Source of the DNA: a virus
Taxonomy: Duplodnaviria > Caudoviricetes
Virus record (IMG/VR): IMGVR_UViG_3300031555_003442
Span: 32,001-96,000 of that record
Strand: one strand, 5' to 3'
Length of the DNA: 64,000 nt
This document shows positions 39,101 through 47,500 of this stretch, piece by piece. Numbering within the stretch: position 1 is the stretch's first letter; every line of letters begins with the position of its first letter. The translations under genes were made by a program, and so were the position numbers. The notes beneath the pieces were generated by a model that was not told where the DNA came from, made no database searches, and was given only the letters and a program-made list of their open reading frames with translations.

Positions 39101-40167
39101 ACGTTGGCATCAGGTTCACGCAACAGGATTGCGGAACCCATCTTAATCTTGTCGAAGTCAACGATGTTGCTCGTCTTGACATAGTTCATTTCGCCGTACT
39201 TCTTGACAGCACGGTTTGCAACAGCCGTCTTCACTTCGAGGTAGTCAACACCAGTCGTAGCGTCGTCGTTGTTGCAGAAGAACGATGCGGTCTTGCTTGC
39301 CATGGACGGGACATTGTTCATCTCGGTTTCGTACTCGGCGACAACCTGAGTGTCCAAAATCTTGTTGACCGTCGCATACACGCCCGTCTCGTTCTGAACG
39401 AAGTTAGAAGCGGGGAAGTAGATTACGTCGCCAACATTGAAGGCAGGAACAGAGTCGCAAACGAGGGTTACGAGCCTCTTGTTTTCCTTGCGAACCGTAG
39501 CGGTGTACCTATCGGCAGCACGCCTTGCAGCGGTCGGGTCGCTGTTGACGAGAGCGAAAAGCACGATGTTGGTATCGGAACGCACGTCAGACGGCTTTCC
39601 TTCTTCGTTGAACTCTTCACCAGCGGTCAACTGGAAGTCCACGTTGGAGTTCTCGGCGATGGTCTCCTGGATGGTGTTAATCTTGCGTTTACCACCGAAA
39701 CCAGAGAAACCGTCTGCGATATAGCGGGTAGCGGCGAAGTGACGGATATCGAAGGACGTATGAATCACGTCGGTATCGTTTTCATCGCTGGTACGGGACC
39801 TATCGTAGTAGTCGCTCTTGGCAGCACTGCGGTCGAAAGACACGACAAATGCGTCAGACTTCAAGTCGGACTTGCGAACGTCGGTCTTTTCCACCTGTTC
39901 GCCGTAGGGACGAACGAAGTGTACGTGGCCGCCGTTGTTAAGCACGGCACGGGTAGCGTACATACCCATGTTCCACTTGGCCTGGTTGAACCCGAGGCCG
40001 AGGATGGAATCCTGATTCGCCGTATTGGTGATTTTCAGGATTTTGTTAAATTCGCCCTTAGGGGAGTAGCCAACAACGCCGCCGATTAGGGACGGGTTGT
40101 CAATGAAAGAATAACCTGAACGGTCTTCAATCTTGATGGCCACGCCTGGACTTCCTTTTCTAGCCAT
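36124..40167 (-). CDS. contractile tail sheath (gp18-like) with a large insertion, 1347 aa
   Basis: N-terminal SPGVAIKIEDRS; C-terminal RKDCFAILD, WWLPPAG, IWGDFT, CDDTNNTPDVIDRNEL...LKPTK. Confidence 0.93.
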   Translation of the reverse strand: MARKGSPGVAIKIEDRSGYSFIDNPSLIGGVVGYSPKGEFNKILKITNTANQDSILGLGFNQAKWNMGMYATRAVLNNGGHVHFVRPYGEQVEKTDVRKSDLKSDAFVVSFDRSAAKSDYYDRSRTSDENDTDVIHTSFDIRHFAATRYIADGFSGFGGKRKINTIQETIAENSNVDFQLTAGEEFNEEGKPSDVRSDTNIVLFALVNSDPTAARRAADRYTATVRKENKRLVTLVCDSVPAFNVGDVIYFPASNFVQNETGVYATVNKILDTQVVAEYETEMNNVPSMASKTASFFCNNDDATTGVDYLEVKTAVANRAVKKYGEMNYVKTSNIVDFDKIKMGSAILLREPDANVKITRIIGLPTDEEITGIAGLRTFTFTPQDAVLEAGDTVKFYYNDTKSVTGTVDTVTVDGEVTVTLDADAVGATKFDSYEITSVGKESCDASAKIVTLNVNSNRPDVLNTVELTNVTWTSSAPKKLTATFEEEDDAIEFMDRINAEDSVVATFGTKNEEYLGVNVSGPKAVESETPKTSAGTFKVTAVDKNTRTATGTVTFVETDVPDDATYTCDSGTISKSGSSWTFVYPEGATAPEVDDEISFTATYPVLEYVVTMVFPETLSGKPDMLQTRAMVDVGTVSADDIIQLKNDAKKLEYYVTAVTGSGAVTLTDKDGTDVSGELGTTLINLTATTNNILAAFNKEGFAINTYLGNNVTQITDPADRYKYNTPTTIGVQVPFGTATQYGIGDLVAFVPQKTNKAADDQTEIFGKDDIYVVQNINTFKDIVILSHHGDIEFDEYTGKANKFGANSEWKLVDLTASNANIWVAGKDGLTFNMLGAYDLTVPANVQEENFIVPGEHEESDPYKDLLDFAYSTYNGGVMQRTDKLLVSDEIGASFNAMGLASVKYEDVNFNGVAKQVYVLSTEGEAIARMYLYITYHFNGKSYEMEGTIVPYVHDDGNLYIGDVADSVLTNSGARLLINDSGILDNFLTNNSYDMSQSVENGRLDSVSTMLAYDERDPAIINDAIWEYTPANNSDTATLANAWNLFLDKDGTDVSMLIGAGTGVTNLFKKDREVLDGTVISAILNVCELRKDCFAILDGVGEANIETTLRKMIGSQGFGVKGRWGAIYDGRGIFFDSYYTLMNVEVVKSVQLASIITANAANGIWWLPPAGEINAVIPTEWGVTEKYPRTFKYPEDTDSNIARLTEIRVNPTRFNSRGMFIWGDFTMQKESSAFDQIHVAMLLAGIHKMFYHYLDRKVFQLNTTNLRTNIQSDLQAQLDAIMNSNPAGLYSGTAICDDTNNTPDVIDRNELHVDLRLKPTKTSRWITLRTIVESNGSSNTQTTSLYV

Positions 40168-40199
40168 AATACCCTCATATTTGGTCATTACTCATCATA

Positions 40200-40208
40200 A
40201 AGTTTATG
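40200..40208 (-). promoter_or_regulatory. putative late promoter variant CATAAACTT
   Basis: Motif variant 33 nt upstream of the sheath ATG. Confidence 0.45.
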
Positions 40209-40298
40209 TAGTGGCCACAATTTTGAAAAAATCCGCATTTTGACCCTTGCCGAATGGGCCCTAAAAAATGTATCTTAAGGGTAAACTACAGGTACAGT

Positions 40299-40616
40299 AT
40301 GAGAGAAATTAGGATACAACTCCATCGCCTGGCCAATTTTATTGGAATTTTGGGCGTATTTAAGGATTTCTTTGGGGATGAGGCCAAGCTGGCTAAAATC
40401 TACCGTGTTCTCATGGGAGGTTTGATTGCCTATATCATAGGCAGGACCGCCTACATGACCTACAAGGTCTTCAAGAACGGGTATGTAAAAGAGATTCAGC
40501 GTAGAATCGACGACGATGAGCTGGAAGAAGGCGGGAACGGGTATGAAGACCGTCCCTCGCTAGACATCGGACCAGAGGATGATGACGAAGACACGGAAGG
40601 AGAGTATGGGTACTAA
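40299..40616 (+). CDS. small membrane protein with an acidic tail
   Basis: Hydrophobic VLMGGLIAYIIG segment. Confidence 0.6.
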   Translation: MREIRIQLHRLANFIGILGVFKDFFGDEAKLAKIYRVLMGGLIAYIIGRTAYMTYKVFKNGYVKEIQRRIDDDELEEGGNGYEDRPSLDIGPEDDDEDTEGEYGY

Positions 40617-42192
40617 TCAACCAACACCAAAGCCTGTAATTAAAGTAGATTTCAGAACGTCGGACGAATGGAAGAAGTTCGGATGGCGTGAAAAGCTGGG
40701 ATGGGTCGCACACGTATTTAGGGACAATGTCGGCAACATCAAGGGAATGATTAACGACAACCTGAACGACCTGTTCACCGTCATGCATGCGGCGTCCCGT
40801 ACGGGAACTGTGTACCGCAAGCTTGTAGACCTCGGACAAATCACGATGGCGTCGAACAAGTTCCTGTCTGGGCTGGAAAGCATCCTGACAAAGGAAACCC
40901 GTATCGCCAGCAACCAGTACGACTACATCTTGAAGTGGGTACACGCCCCGAGCGTAGACAACCTGTTCATCAATGATGTCGGAATCAACTCGGACATTGT
41001 GAGAACATTCGCCGAGAACATCAAGAAGATTTCGGAGAGCGGTGCGTTCAAAATCAAGAAGATGGAGTACGAGCCCAAGACCAAGACGAACGGTCATGAT
41101 GTGGCGGTTAACTACCTCCTCGAATACACGGGCGACGTGAAAGATGCTAATGGCATGGAAATCTTCATCCATTGCTCTTATTTCAACACGACCGACAATT
41201 CGGGTAAGATTCTGACAACCCCGACGAAGGGTACTTTCCTGTTCGCCCTTAACATGGAAGGCAAGAACTACCCCATTGTCGACAATCTCGAAAACAATGG
41301 CGACGGTTGCTTCGATGTATACCGTTCGATGCTCATGGTAGCATTGCAGAATTACGTCAATAGCCTTGACATCGCAAACAACTTTGTCAAGCTTGAGCCG
41401 TACGGCGACCTCAGGGCGACGTCCCGCCGCAAGGTTCCTTTCAATATCAGGAATTTCGACAAGGAAGCTATCATTACCGAAATGAAGAAATGTCTCGAAC
41501 ACGGCAAGCGTCGTGGATACATGTTCATGGGCGACCCTGGTACAGGAAAGACGGAATCAATCCAGAAGCTGCTCGAACAGTTTACCGACCTGCCCGTATT
41601 CTGGGTTGACAGCTCGTCTCTCAGTTCCTACACGGCTATTCACGAAGTGTTCGAGACTCTTCACTACTTCCCGAAGTCAATCTGCGTTTTTGACGATATT
41701 GATGCACTGGACCTCACTGCCAAGTCGGACAAGACCACTGCGTTCATCGAATGCATGGACTGCAAGGATGACAAGCTGGCCTACAACGGAATCGTAATCA
41801 TGACGGTAAACGAACCGACCCGTGTACATTCCTCAATCAAGTCAAGGCCCGGCCGTATCGACAAGATTATCTACATCAAGAACCCAGAGACACTCGAAAG
41901 CGTGTTCGATGTCATCACCCAGAGATATGTCAGGGCGGACTGCCAGATGCCGTCCGAGTTCCGTATGACGAGCAAGAAGTTTGTCTCCTGCATGCAGAAG
42001 TGCATTGACGCTAACTTCACCCATGCCCATATCGCTGGCATCATCGACGACATCATCTATCTCTCGGATACCACGGGCAAGAAGCTCCTGGCCGAGCTTT
42101 CCTCCAGAATCGACGACCGCATCATGTCCATCAAGTATGCCAACATGAAGACAAAGAACGGGTACTTCGAAAAGGGGAGTCTGGGTGACTGA
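40606..42192 (+). CDS. AAA+ ATPase
   Basis: RRGYMFMGDPGTGKT, VFDDID, MTVN, SRPGRIDK. Confidence 0.85.
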   Translation: MGTNQPTPKPVIKVDFRTSDEWKKFGWREKLGWVAHVFRDNVGNIKGMINDNLNDLFTVMHAASRTGTVYRKLVDLGQITMASNKFLSGLESILTKETRIASNQYDYILKWVHAPSVDNLFINDVGINSDIVRTFAENIKKISESGAFKIKKMEYEPKTKTNGHDVAVNYLLEYTGDVKDANGMEIFIHCSYFNTTDNSGKILTTPTKGTFLFALNMEGKNYPIVDNLENNGDGCFDVYRSMLMVALQNYVNSLDIANNFVKLEPYGDLRATSRRKVPFNIRNFDKEAIITEMKKCLEHGKRRGYMFMGDPGTGKTESIQKLLEQFTDLPVFWVDSSSLSSYTAIHEVFETLHYFPKSICVFDDIDALDLTAKSDKTTAFIECMDCKDDKLAYNGIVIMTVNEPTRVHSSIKSRPGRIDKIIYIKNPETLESVFDVITQRYVRADCQMPSEFRMTSKKFVSCMQKCIDANFTHAHIAGIIDDIIYLSDTTGKKLLAELSSRIDDRIMSIKYANMKTKNGYFEKGSLGD

Positions 42193-42211
42193 CCGACATG
42201 TTAGAAACAGG

Positions 42212-42243
42212 AACATCTAGTTAGATTTAACTAGGTGTTTTTA
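42212..42243 (+). terminator. intrinsic terminator
   Basis: AACATCTAGTTA-gatt-TAACTAGGTGTT followed by a T run. Confidence 0.6.
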
Positions 42244-42334
42244 TTCGATATTGCCTAAAAACAGCCAAATTCCACAACTTTTCCACAGCGATAAAAAACA
42301 TCTAAAATTGTGTGGCAACTTCCCGAAAAGCGAC

Positions 42335-42344
42335 TATAAACTAC
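42335..42344 (+). promoter_or_regulatory. TATAAACTAC motif upstream of nrdD
   Basis: Recurrent motif. Confidence 0.5.
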
Positions 42345-42366
42345 AAGCACACATTAAGGAATCTAT

Positions 42367-45129
42367 ATGATTAAGTACGTAATTAAAAGAGATGGCCGAC
42401 GTGCCAAATTTAATCCAACTAAAATTTCTGACGCAATCACGAGTGCCTTCCTCGACAAGGAGATGCAGGTCGGGAAGAAGGAACTAGAAAATCTTACCGA
42501 CAAGGTTTGTGACAAGATTGAAGCCTCTACGGACAAGCCGACGGTTAGCGTCGAGACTATCCAGGACATCGTAGAAGATGTACTCATGTCCAAGGACAAG
42601 TATAAGGAAGTTGCCAAGGCGTACATCCTCTACCGTGCCGAAAGAACCCGCAAGCGTGAATCGAAGAGCAAGATTATCAGCACTATTCAGGAAATCAAGG
42701 CTGCTGACCTCAAAAGTTCCAACATCCTGCGTGACAACGCCAATGAATCTGGAACAACCCCCGCAGGTGCATACGGAAAAATCGCATCTGAAACCAACAA
42801 GACTTACAACATTCTCAATGTCGTGGATAGGAACATCGCCGAGCTCCATACCAAGGGCTACATGCACATCCATGACCTGAACCTTTACGACCTTACTTTC
42901 AACTGTCTTTTTGCCCCAATCGGCAAGCTTCTGGAAAGGGGTTTCGACTCTGGTACTGGCTTTATCCGTTCCCCCAAGTCAATCCAGTCTGCCGCATCTA
43001 TCACCGCCGTAATCCTGCAGCTTCAATCTAACCAGCAGTTCGGTGGCATCGCTTCTGCAAACCTCGATTTCGAACTCGCCCCCTATGTGGACATGTCCTT
43101 CAAGAAGAATCTTGCTTGGATTCTCGCTTCCGACAAGGTGCTGGCCGAAAGAAGTCTTGGTTTCGACTCCTTCGACGACATCGACAATGCCGACATCGAG
43201 AAGGCAATCAAGAAGGAAGCCCACGCTATCCGCAGCCAGATGGCAAAGGACGGCCTCAGCCTCGACATGCCGTTCAAGGATGTCGTCGCAAAGTACGACC
43301 GCAAGGCTGTCGTTCAGGCTTACATCAAGACCAAGGACGATACCTACCAGGCAATGGAAGGCCTCGTACACAATCTCAACTCTCTGCAGTCCCGTTCGGG
43401 CAATCAGGTTCCGTTCAGCTCCCTGAACTTCGGTCTCGATACTTCCCGTTGCGGACGCCTCGTTTCGAGCAACCTTATCGCCGCACAGATGGCTGGCCTC
43501 GGTGACGGACTCACTGCAATCTTCCCGATTCTTATCTTCAAGTACATGAAGGGTGTCACCTATCTCCCTGACGACCCGAACTACGATTTGAAGCAGGCTG
43601 GTATCGCATGTCTTGCACGTCGCTTCTACCCGAATGGCGTCGCCGTTGACAACGAGTTCAACGCCCCGTACATCCGCTACGAATACAATGACGATTTCAA
43701 GCTGACCGATGACACCCTCGTCAAGAAGATTGGTGGCGACCGTGTTGCCAAGTATGGTGAAGTCGCTTCCGAAAACGACATCTATCCTCGTTGGGAAGTC
43801 CGTGTCGAAGGCAAGTACTGGCAGATTTGCCATGGCCGTCTGCAACGCCTCATTCCTGAAAGCACCGTTTCCACGATGGGATGCCGTACAAGGGTTCTCG
43901 GCAACGTGAATGGCCCGCAGCAGACTGTTGGCCGTGGCAACCTTGCGTTCCATACCCTGAACCTCCCGAAGCTCGCTGTCGAAGCCCGTATCGAAGCTTC
44001 CAGCGAAGCTGACCGTATCAAGCTATTCAACGAAAAGCTCGACCGTATGCTTGTTCTCGCAAGGAAGTCCCTTGAAGACCGTTTCGAGGTCATCGCCAAG
44101 AAGACTTACGAGAACTACCCGTTCACCATGCAGCAGGGCCTCTACCTCACGTCAGATGACAAGGTTCACGATATCCACGATACCGTTGCCGAAGTCCTCC
44201 GTCAGGGAACTCTCTCCATCGGTTACATCGGCGTTTACGAAGCCGTTCTCGCTCTCACGGGCAAGACCTGGGGTAAGGACGACGAAGTGTTCGACCTCGG
44301 TTACGAAATGGTCAAGCGCATCCGTGACTTCTGTGACAAGACCCAGAAGGAAACCCACATGAACTGGTCCTGCTTCGCAACTCCTGCCGAAGCCGTCTGC
44401 GGAAGGTTCTGCAACATCGACATGCGTCAGTTCGTCAAGAACCCGTCTATCGAAGCTGACGCTTTCACTAAGGAAAGCGTTGATGCTGAAACCCTCGGCG
44501 AAGAAATCACCGTAAGGGATTATGCGACGAGAAACACCATTAAGGTCAAGTACGCCGACCTTCTCGAAAACAAGGCCAAGTTCATCAACAGCTACGAAGT
44601 CCTCGTCAACGACAAGTGGGGTCTAATCGACTCGATTACGGCACAGAAGCTCGGAGTCAAGTACTGGACCGAATTTGGCTACCGCATGTGGGGTAAGGGC
44701 TACCTGACCAACTCGCACATGCTCCCGTTCGCATTGAAGACCACTCTTGCAAACAAAATCAAGTGGGAAGCTCCGTTCCACAAGATTACCAACGCTGGCC
44801 ACATCTTCTATCACAAGATGGATGGCGACCTCAGCAAGAACCTCGAAGGCGTGGAAAAGGCCATGAACGCCATGTATGAAGGTGGCATGGGCTACTTCAC
44901 TGTGACGATGGATTCGGATACGTGCATCGCTCCGCAGCCTAATGGAAAACCGTGTGGATTCCACGGTGTAATCAATGGCCGTTGCCCGAAGTGCGGCAAT
45001 ATGTTGGAAAAGTACATCATCCGTGTAAGGAGAATCACGGGCTACCTGACTGGTTCTCCCGCAAAGTCGATTTTCGATGTATGGAATCCAGCCAAGAAGA
45101 ATGAACTGGACGACCGTGTGAACATCTAG
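42367..45129 (+). CDS. nrdD: anaerobic ribonucleoside-triphosphate reductase (class III) with ATP cone
   Basis: VIKRDG ATP cone, HIHDL, TMGCRT, GRGNL, ATPAE, glycyl-radical RRITGYL. Confidence 0.95.
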   Translation: MIKYVIKRDGRRAKFNPTKISDAITSAFLDKEMQVGKKELENLTDKVCDKIEASTDKPTVSVETIQDIVEDVLMSKDKYKEVAKAYILYRAERTRKRESKSKIISTIQEIKAADLKSSNILRDNANESGTTPAGAYGKIASETNKTYNILNVVDRNIAELHTKGYMHIHDLNLYDLTFNCLFAPIGKLLERGFDSGTGFIRSPKSIQSAASITAVILQLQSNQQFGGIASANLDFELAPYVDMSFKKNLAWILASDKVLAERSLGFDSFDDIDNADIEKAIKKEAHAIRSQMAKDGLSLDMPFKDVVAKYDRKAVVQAYIKTKDDTYQAMEGLVHNLNSLQSRSGNQVPFSSLNFGLDTSRCGRLVSSNLIAAQMAGLGDGLTAIFPILIFKYMKGVTYLPDDPNYDLKQAGIACLARRFYPNGVAVDNEFNAPYIRYEYNDDFKLTDDTLVKKIGGDRVAKYGEVASENDIYPRWEVRVEGKYWQICHGRLQRLIPESTVSTMGCRTRVLGNVNGPQQTVGRGNLAFHTLNLPKLAVEARIEASSEADRIKLFNEKLDRMLVLARKSLEDRFEVIAKKTYENYPFTMQQGLYLTSDDKVHDIHDTVAEVLRQGTLSIGYIGVYEAVLALTGKTWGKDDEVFDLGYEMVKRIRDFCDKTQKETHMNWSCFATPAEAVCGRFCNIDMRQFVKNPSIEADAFTKESVDAETLGEEITVRDYATRNTIKVKYADLLENKAKFINSYEVLVNDKWGLIDSITAQKLGVKYWTEFGYRMWGKGYLTNSHMLPFALKTTLANKIKWEAPFHKITNAGHIFYHKMDGDLSKNLEGVEKAMNAMYEGGMGYFTVTMDSDTCIAPQPNGKPCGFHGVINGRCPKCGNMLEKYIIRVRRITGYLTGSPAKSIFDVWNPAKKNELDDRVNI

Positions 45130-45146
45130 TAATTCCTAAATATGAG

Positions 45147-45180
45147 AAAGCCGTTTGAACTGAGTTTCAAACGGCTTTTT
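45147..45180. terminator. bidirectional intrinsic terminator
   Basis: AAAGCCGTTTGAA-ctgagt-TTCAAACGGCTTT between convergent genes. Confidence 0.85.
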
Positions 45181-45185
45181 ATTAC

Positions 45186-45866
45186 TTAGTCCTTGATTTC
45201 CATTCTGGTTTCCACGAGGCTTCCGTACTTACTGCTGGTGGAAAATTCCAGGAGGCCCTTGGTGGTGGCATCCAGTTCGTAGCCACGGTCGTACATGATG
45301 TGGCACCTTAGGACTTCGCACAGCCAGAATGCGTCGGCGATATCGTTCACTGGGGAGTCGTAGTTTCCCTTGAACTCCTCGGGAAACCATTGCGGATACA
45401 TCTCCTCCCAGGCTTGGCACATCGCTGGCTTGCCCGCCTTGCCGTCACCCGTGGCGAAGTTTTTGTTCTGGTCGATGTTGTAGGCTATCACCCCGATTCC
45501 ACGGTCGAAAGCGGAAACTTTGAGCGAGCCAGCAATCTGTGCGAGCTGCAAGATGGAGTTCGTGTCGCAGTTCTTCTGTTTCAGTTTACCGTAAGCTAAG
45601 TCTTCCATTGACATATACTTAACCCCCTCTGTATCTTCCAGAAGGTAGTTGGTAATCCATGACAGGCGGTGGATAAGACCTATCTTGGTCCAACCCTTCG
45701 GCAGGTGCCTGATATGTATCTTGTCGGTCTCGAAACAGCGTTTCTTGGTCTGGTGGTAGCCGTAATACTGCATGTCAACTATGTCGAGGTTCTTGTCCTC
45801 GTCGAGAGTCATAATCACTTTGCCGCTGGAATTTAGCGACTGGTCTATTCCCATTATTTTAAGCAT
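45186..45866 (-). CDS. RuvC-like Holliday junction resolvase
   Basis: IMGIDQSLNSSG, MEDLAYG, ATGDGKAGK, DIADAF. Confidence 0.75.
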   Translation of the reverse strand: MLKIMGIDQSLNSSGKVIMTLDEDKNLDIVDMQYYGYHQTKKRCFETDKIHIRHLPKGWTKIGLIHRLSWITNYLLEDTEGVKYMSMEDLAYGKLKQKNCDTNSILQLAQIAGSLKVSAFDRGIGVIAYNIDQNKNFATGDGKAGKPAMCQAWEEMYPQWFPEEFKGNYDSPVNDIADAFWLCEVLRCHIMYDRGYELDATTKGLLEFSTSSKYGSLVETRMEIKD

Positions 45867-45892
45867 TTCTGTTCCATTGGGTGCATCCAATG

Positions 45893-45902
45893 TATAAACT
45901 AT
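45893..45902 (+). promoter_or_regulatory. putative late promoter TATAAACTAT
   Basis: Recurrent motif. Confidence 0.6.
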
Positions 45903-45930
45903 ATTTAATTGGAATCCATAGGATAACAAC

Positions 45931-46272
45931 ATGAAAGTTAAAGCTAATGATTTGTTCGAGAGCTACCTGCAGACGATTTGTAACTCCAAGGCACAATTCG
46001 AAGCCATCAACAATCTCCACAAGCTGTATTTCGAGTCCGAGATGGGTAAGGAAGTCGAAGTCGATGATGACGAATGCTGTAAGGATGGCAAATGCTGTAA
46101 AGACGGCGAGTGCTGTGAAGATGGCAAGTGCTGCAAGGACGGCGAGTGCAAATGCGAAAAGGGCATCAACGAAGCAATCGACGGCGGTCTTGACATCCAG
46201 GCCGAAGCCGACAAGAACGGTCTTACCGTTCCTGAATACGAGCAAGCTTTGGATATGTTCCTCAACCAATAA
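45931..46272 (+). CDS. small acidic protein with a metallothionein-like Cys repeat
   Basis: ECCKDGKCCKDGECCEDGKCCKDGECKC. Confidence 0.7.
   Translation: MKVKANDLFESYLQTICNSKAQFEAINNLHKLYFESEMGKEVEVDDDECCKDGKCCKDGECCEDGKCCKDGECKCEKGINEAIDGGLDIQAEADKNGLTVPEYEQALDMFLNQ
46075..46155 (+). repeat. 18-nt tandem repeat (about 4.5 units) encoding CC(K/E)DG(K/E)
   Basis: tgctgtaaggatggcaaa-like units. Confidence 0.85.
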
Positions 46273-46283
46273 GGGAAGGCGAC

Positions 46284-47234
46284 ATGGATAAGAGAGGATT
46301 TAACATTGCGTTGAACGGTCTGAAGGACAAGTACCCCGACAAGTTGATACTAATCGAGGGTATCCAGCGTGCGTTCAACCGTGAAGTTCCTTCGATTTCA
46401 AGGGATAACCTCCTTGCCCTGTACCAGAATCCAGCCCAGTTCATGATGAAGAAGCCGCTGGAAGATGGTCGTTGGACGACTCAGCTTCACGAATGGGCCG
46501 ACAATGGCGTCGAAGACCTTCTTAACATCAACCCGATTTACCTTGGGGCCAAGAACTCCGTCGGTGACACGGTGCTGATGAACATGGTCGAGTACGCTAT
46601 CGGAAAGACGACCGAGCAAATCAACTTCGACTTCTTGAAGAAGCTTCTCGAAAATCCGCTCGTGTTCGAGTACAAGACGAGCGAGGACGGGGAGTTGTGT
46701 CAGGCGAGCGTGTGGGACATCAAGGATATCACTGGGCGCACCCCGATTGACTATCTCAGCGACATGGCAAGCGGAACTGGAACCTGCCAGGGATGCGACC
46801 CCATAGTTGAACTCGCACCGCTTATCGCCGAGTGGGCATCCATCATGAATGCCGAACTTGACGAAGGAATCGAAGGGCTCGAAGAACCTGCGGAAGAAGA
46901 ACCAGAGGAAGCAGCTCCTCCGACTGAAGAAGAAATCCTTGCGGCAATTTCTGAAGACGAACTTTGCGACGGCGAGAGCGACCCTGGTGATGGCGATGAA
47001 GCGTCTGTCGTTGCTGAACCTGGCTCCGAGGAATACTATCCCGAAACTGGTTCTGGTGCCGTCATTTCCGAAGATACTCCGCTCGATGGTGAGGGGGATG
47101 GTGATGGCGACGATGAATTGCCACAAGAGGCTGCCGCCATGATTCATGAAGAGGTCGGAAAAGACCCGTTCATCCGAGATAAAGGTAATGTTGAAAGAAT
47201 CACCTTGGCAAAGCAGAAGGTGAACCCAGAGTAA
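46284..47234 (+). CDS. ankyrin-like repeat protein with an acidic C-terminus
   Basis: TTQLHEWA, KNSVGDTVLM, KDITGRTPIDY. Confidence 0.5.
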   Translation: MDKRGFNIALNGLKDKYPDKLILIEGIQRAFNREVPSISRDNLLALYQNPAQFMMKKPLEDGRWTTQLHEWADNGVEDLLNINPIYLGAKNSVGDTVLMNMVEYAIGKTTEQINFDFLKKLLENPLVFEYKTSEDGELCQASVWDIKDITGRTPIDYLSDMASGTGTCQGCDPIVELAPLIAEWASIMNAELDEGIEGLEEPAEEEPEEAAPPTEEEILAAISEDELCDGESDPGDGDEASVVAEPGSEEYYPETGSGAVISEDTPLDGEGDGDGDDELPQEAAAMIHEEVGKDPFIRDKGNVERITLAKQKVNPE

Positions 47235-47500
47235 TTACTTTACAGTGGTTACATCGGTTCCATCAGGAAGGGTTTGAGTCATTTTCATACCCGTTTCTGT
47301 TATCTGCACATTGTCGTTCTGGTGTTCGCCGAGAGTTTCAAACTCAGCAAGAGTCGGCGGTTCATTTGTAGCGAGGTCGACGAGCTTGGCTTCTGCAGAA
47401 TTGTCTCCGTAGACTGCGTTGTACAGGTCGCCAACGGCCTCCTTGTCGAGGTCGTCAAGTTCAGGAGAGTCGTTGAGCTCATCTAAAAACTGCGTTTCAT
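47235..47500 (-). pseudogene. 88-aa acidic gene interrupted by a 1-nt frameshift in a T5 run
   Basis: AAGGAG RBS then ATG AAA CGC AGT TTT TAG; one extra T gives MKRSFLDELNDSPELDDLDKEAVGDLYNAVY...TTVK*. Confidence 0.65.

Noticed and set aside
42193-42366. tRNA or structured ncRNA in the larger intergenic gaps
   Set aside because: Only a terminator and a promoter motif are visible; no cloverleaf found by eye, though tRNAscan/Infernal would be needed to exclude one
42367-45129. Inteins or introns in nrdD, terminase, thyA or the sheath
   Set aside because: Frames are continuous, with no intein terminal motifs or homing endonuclease signature
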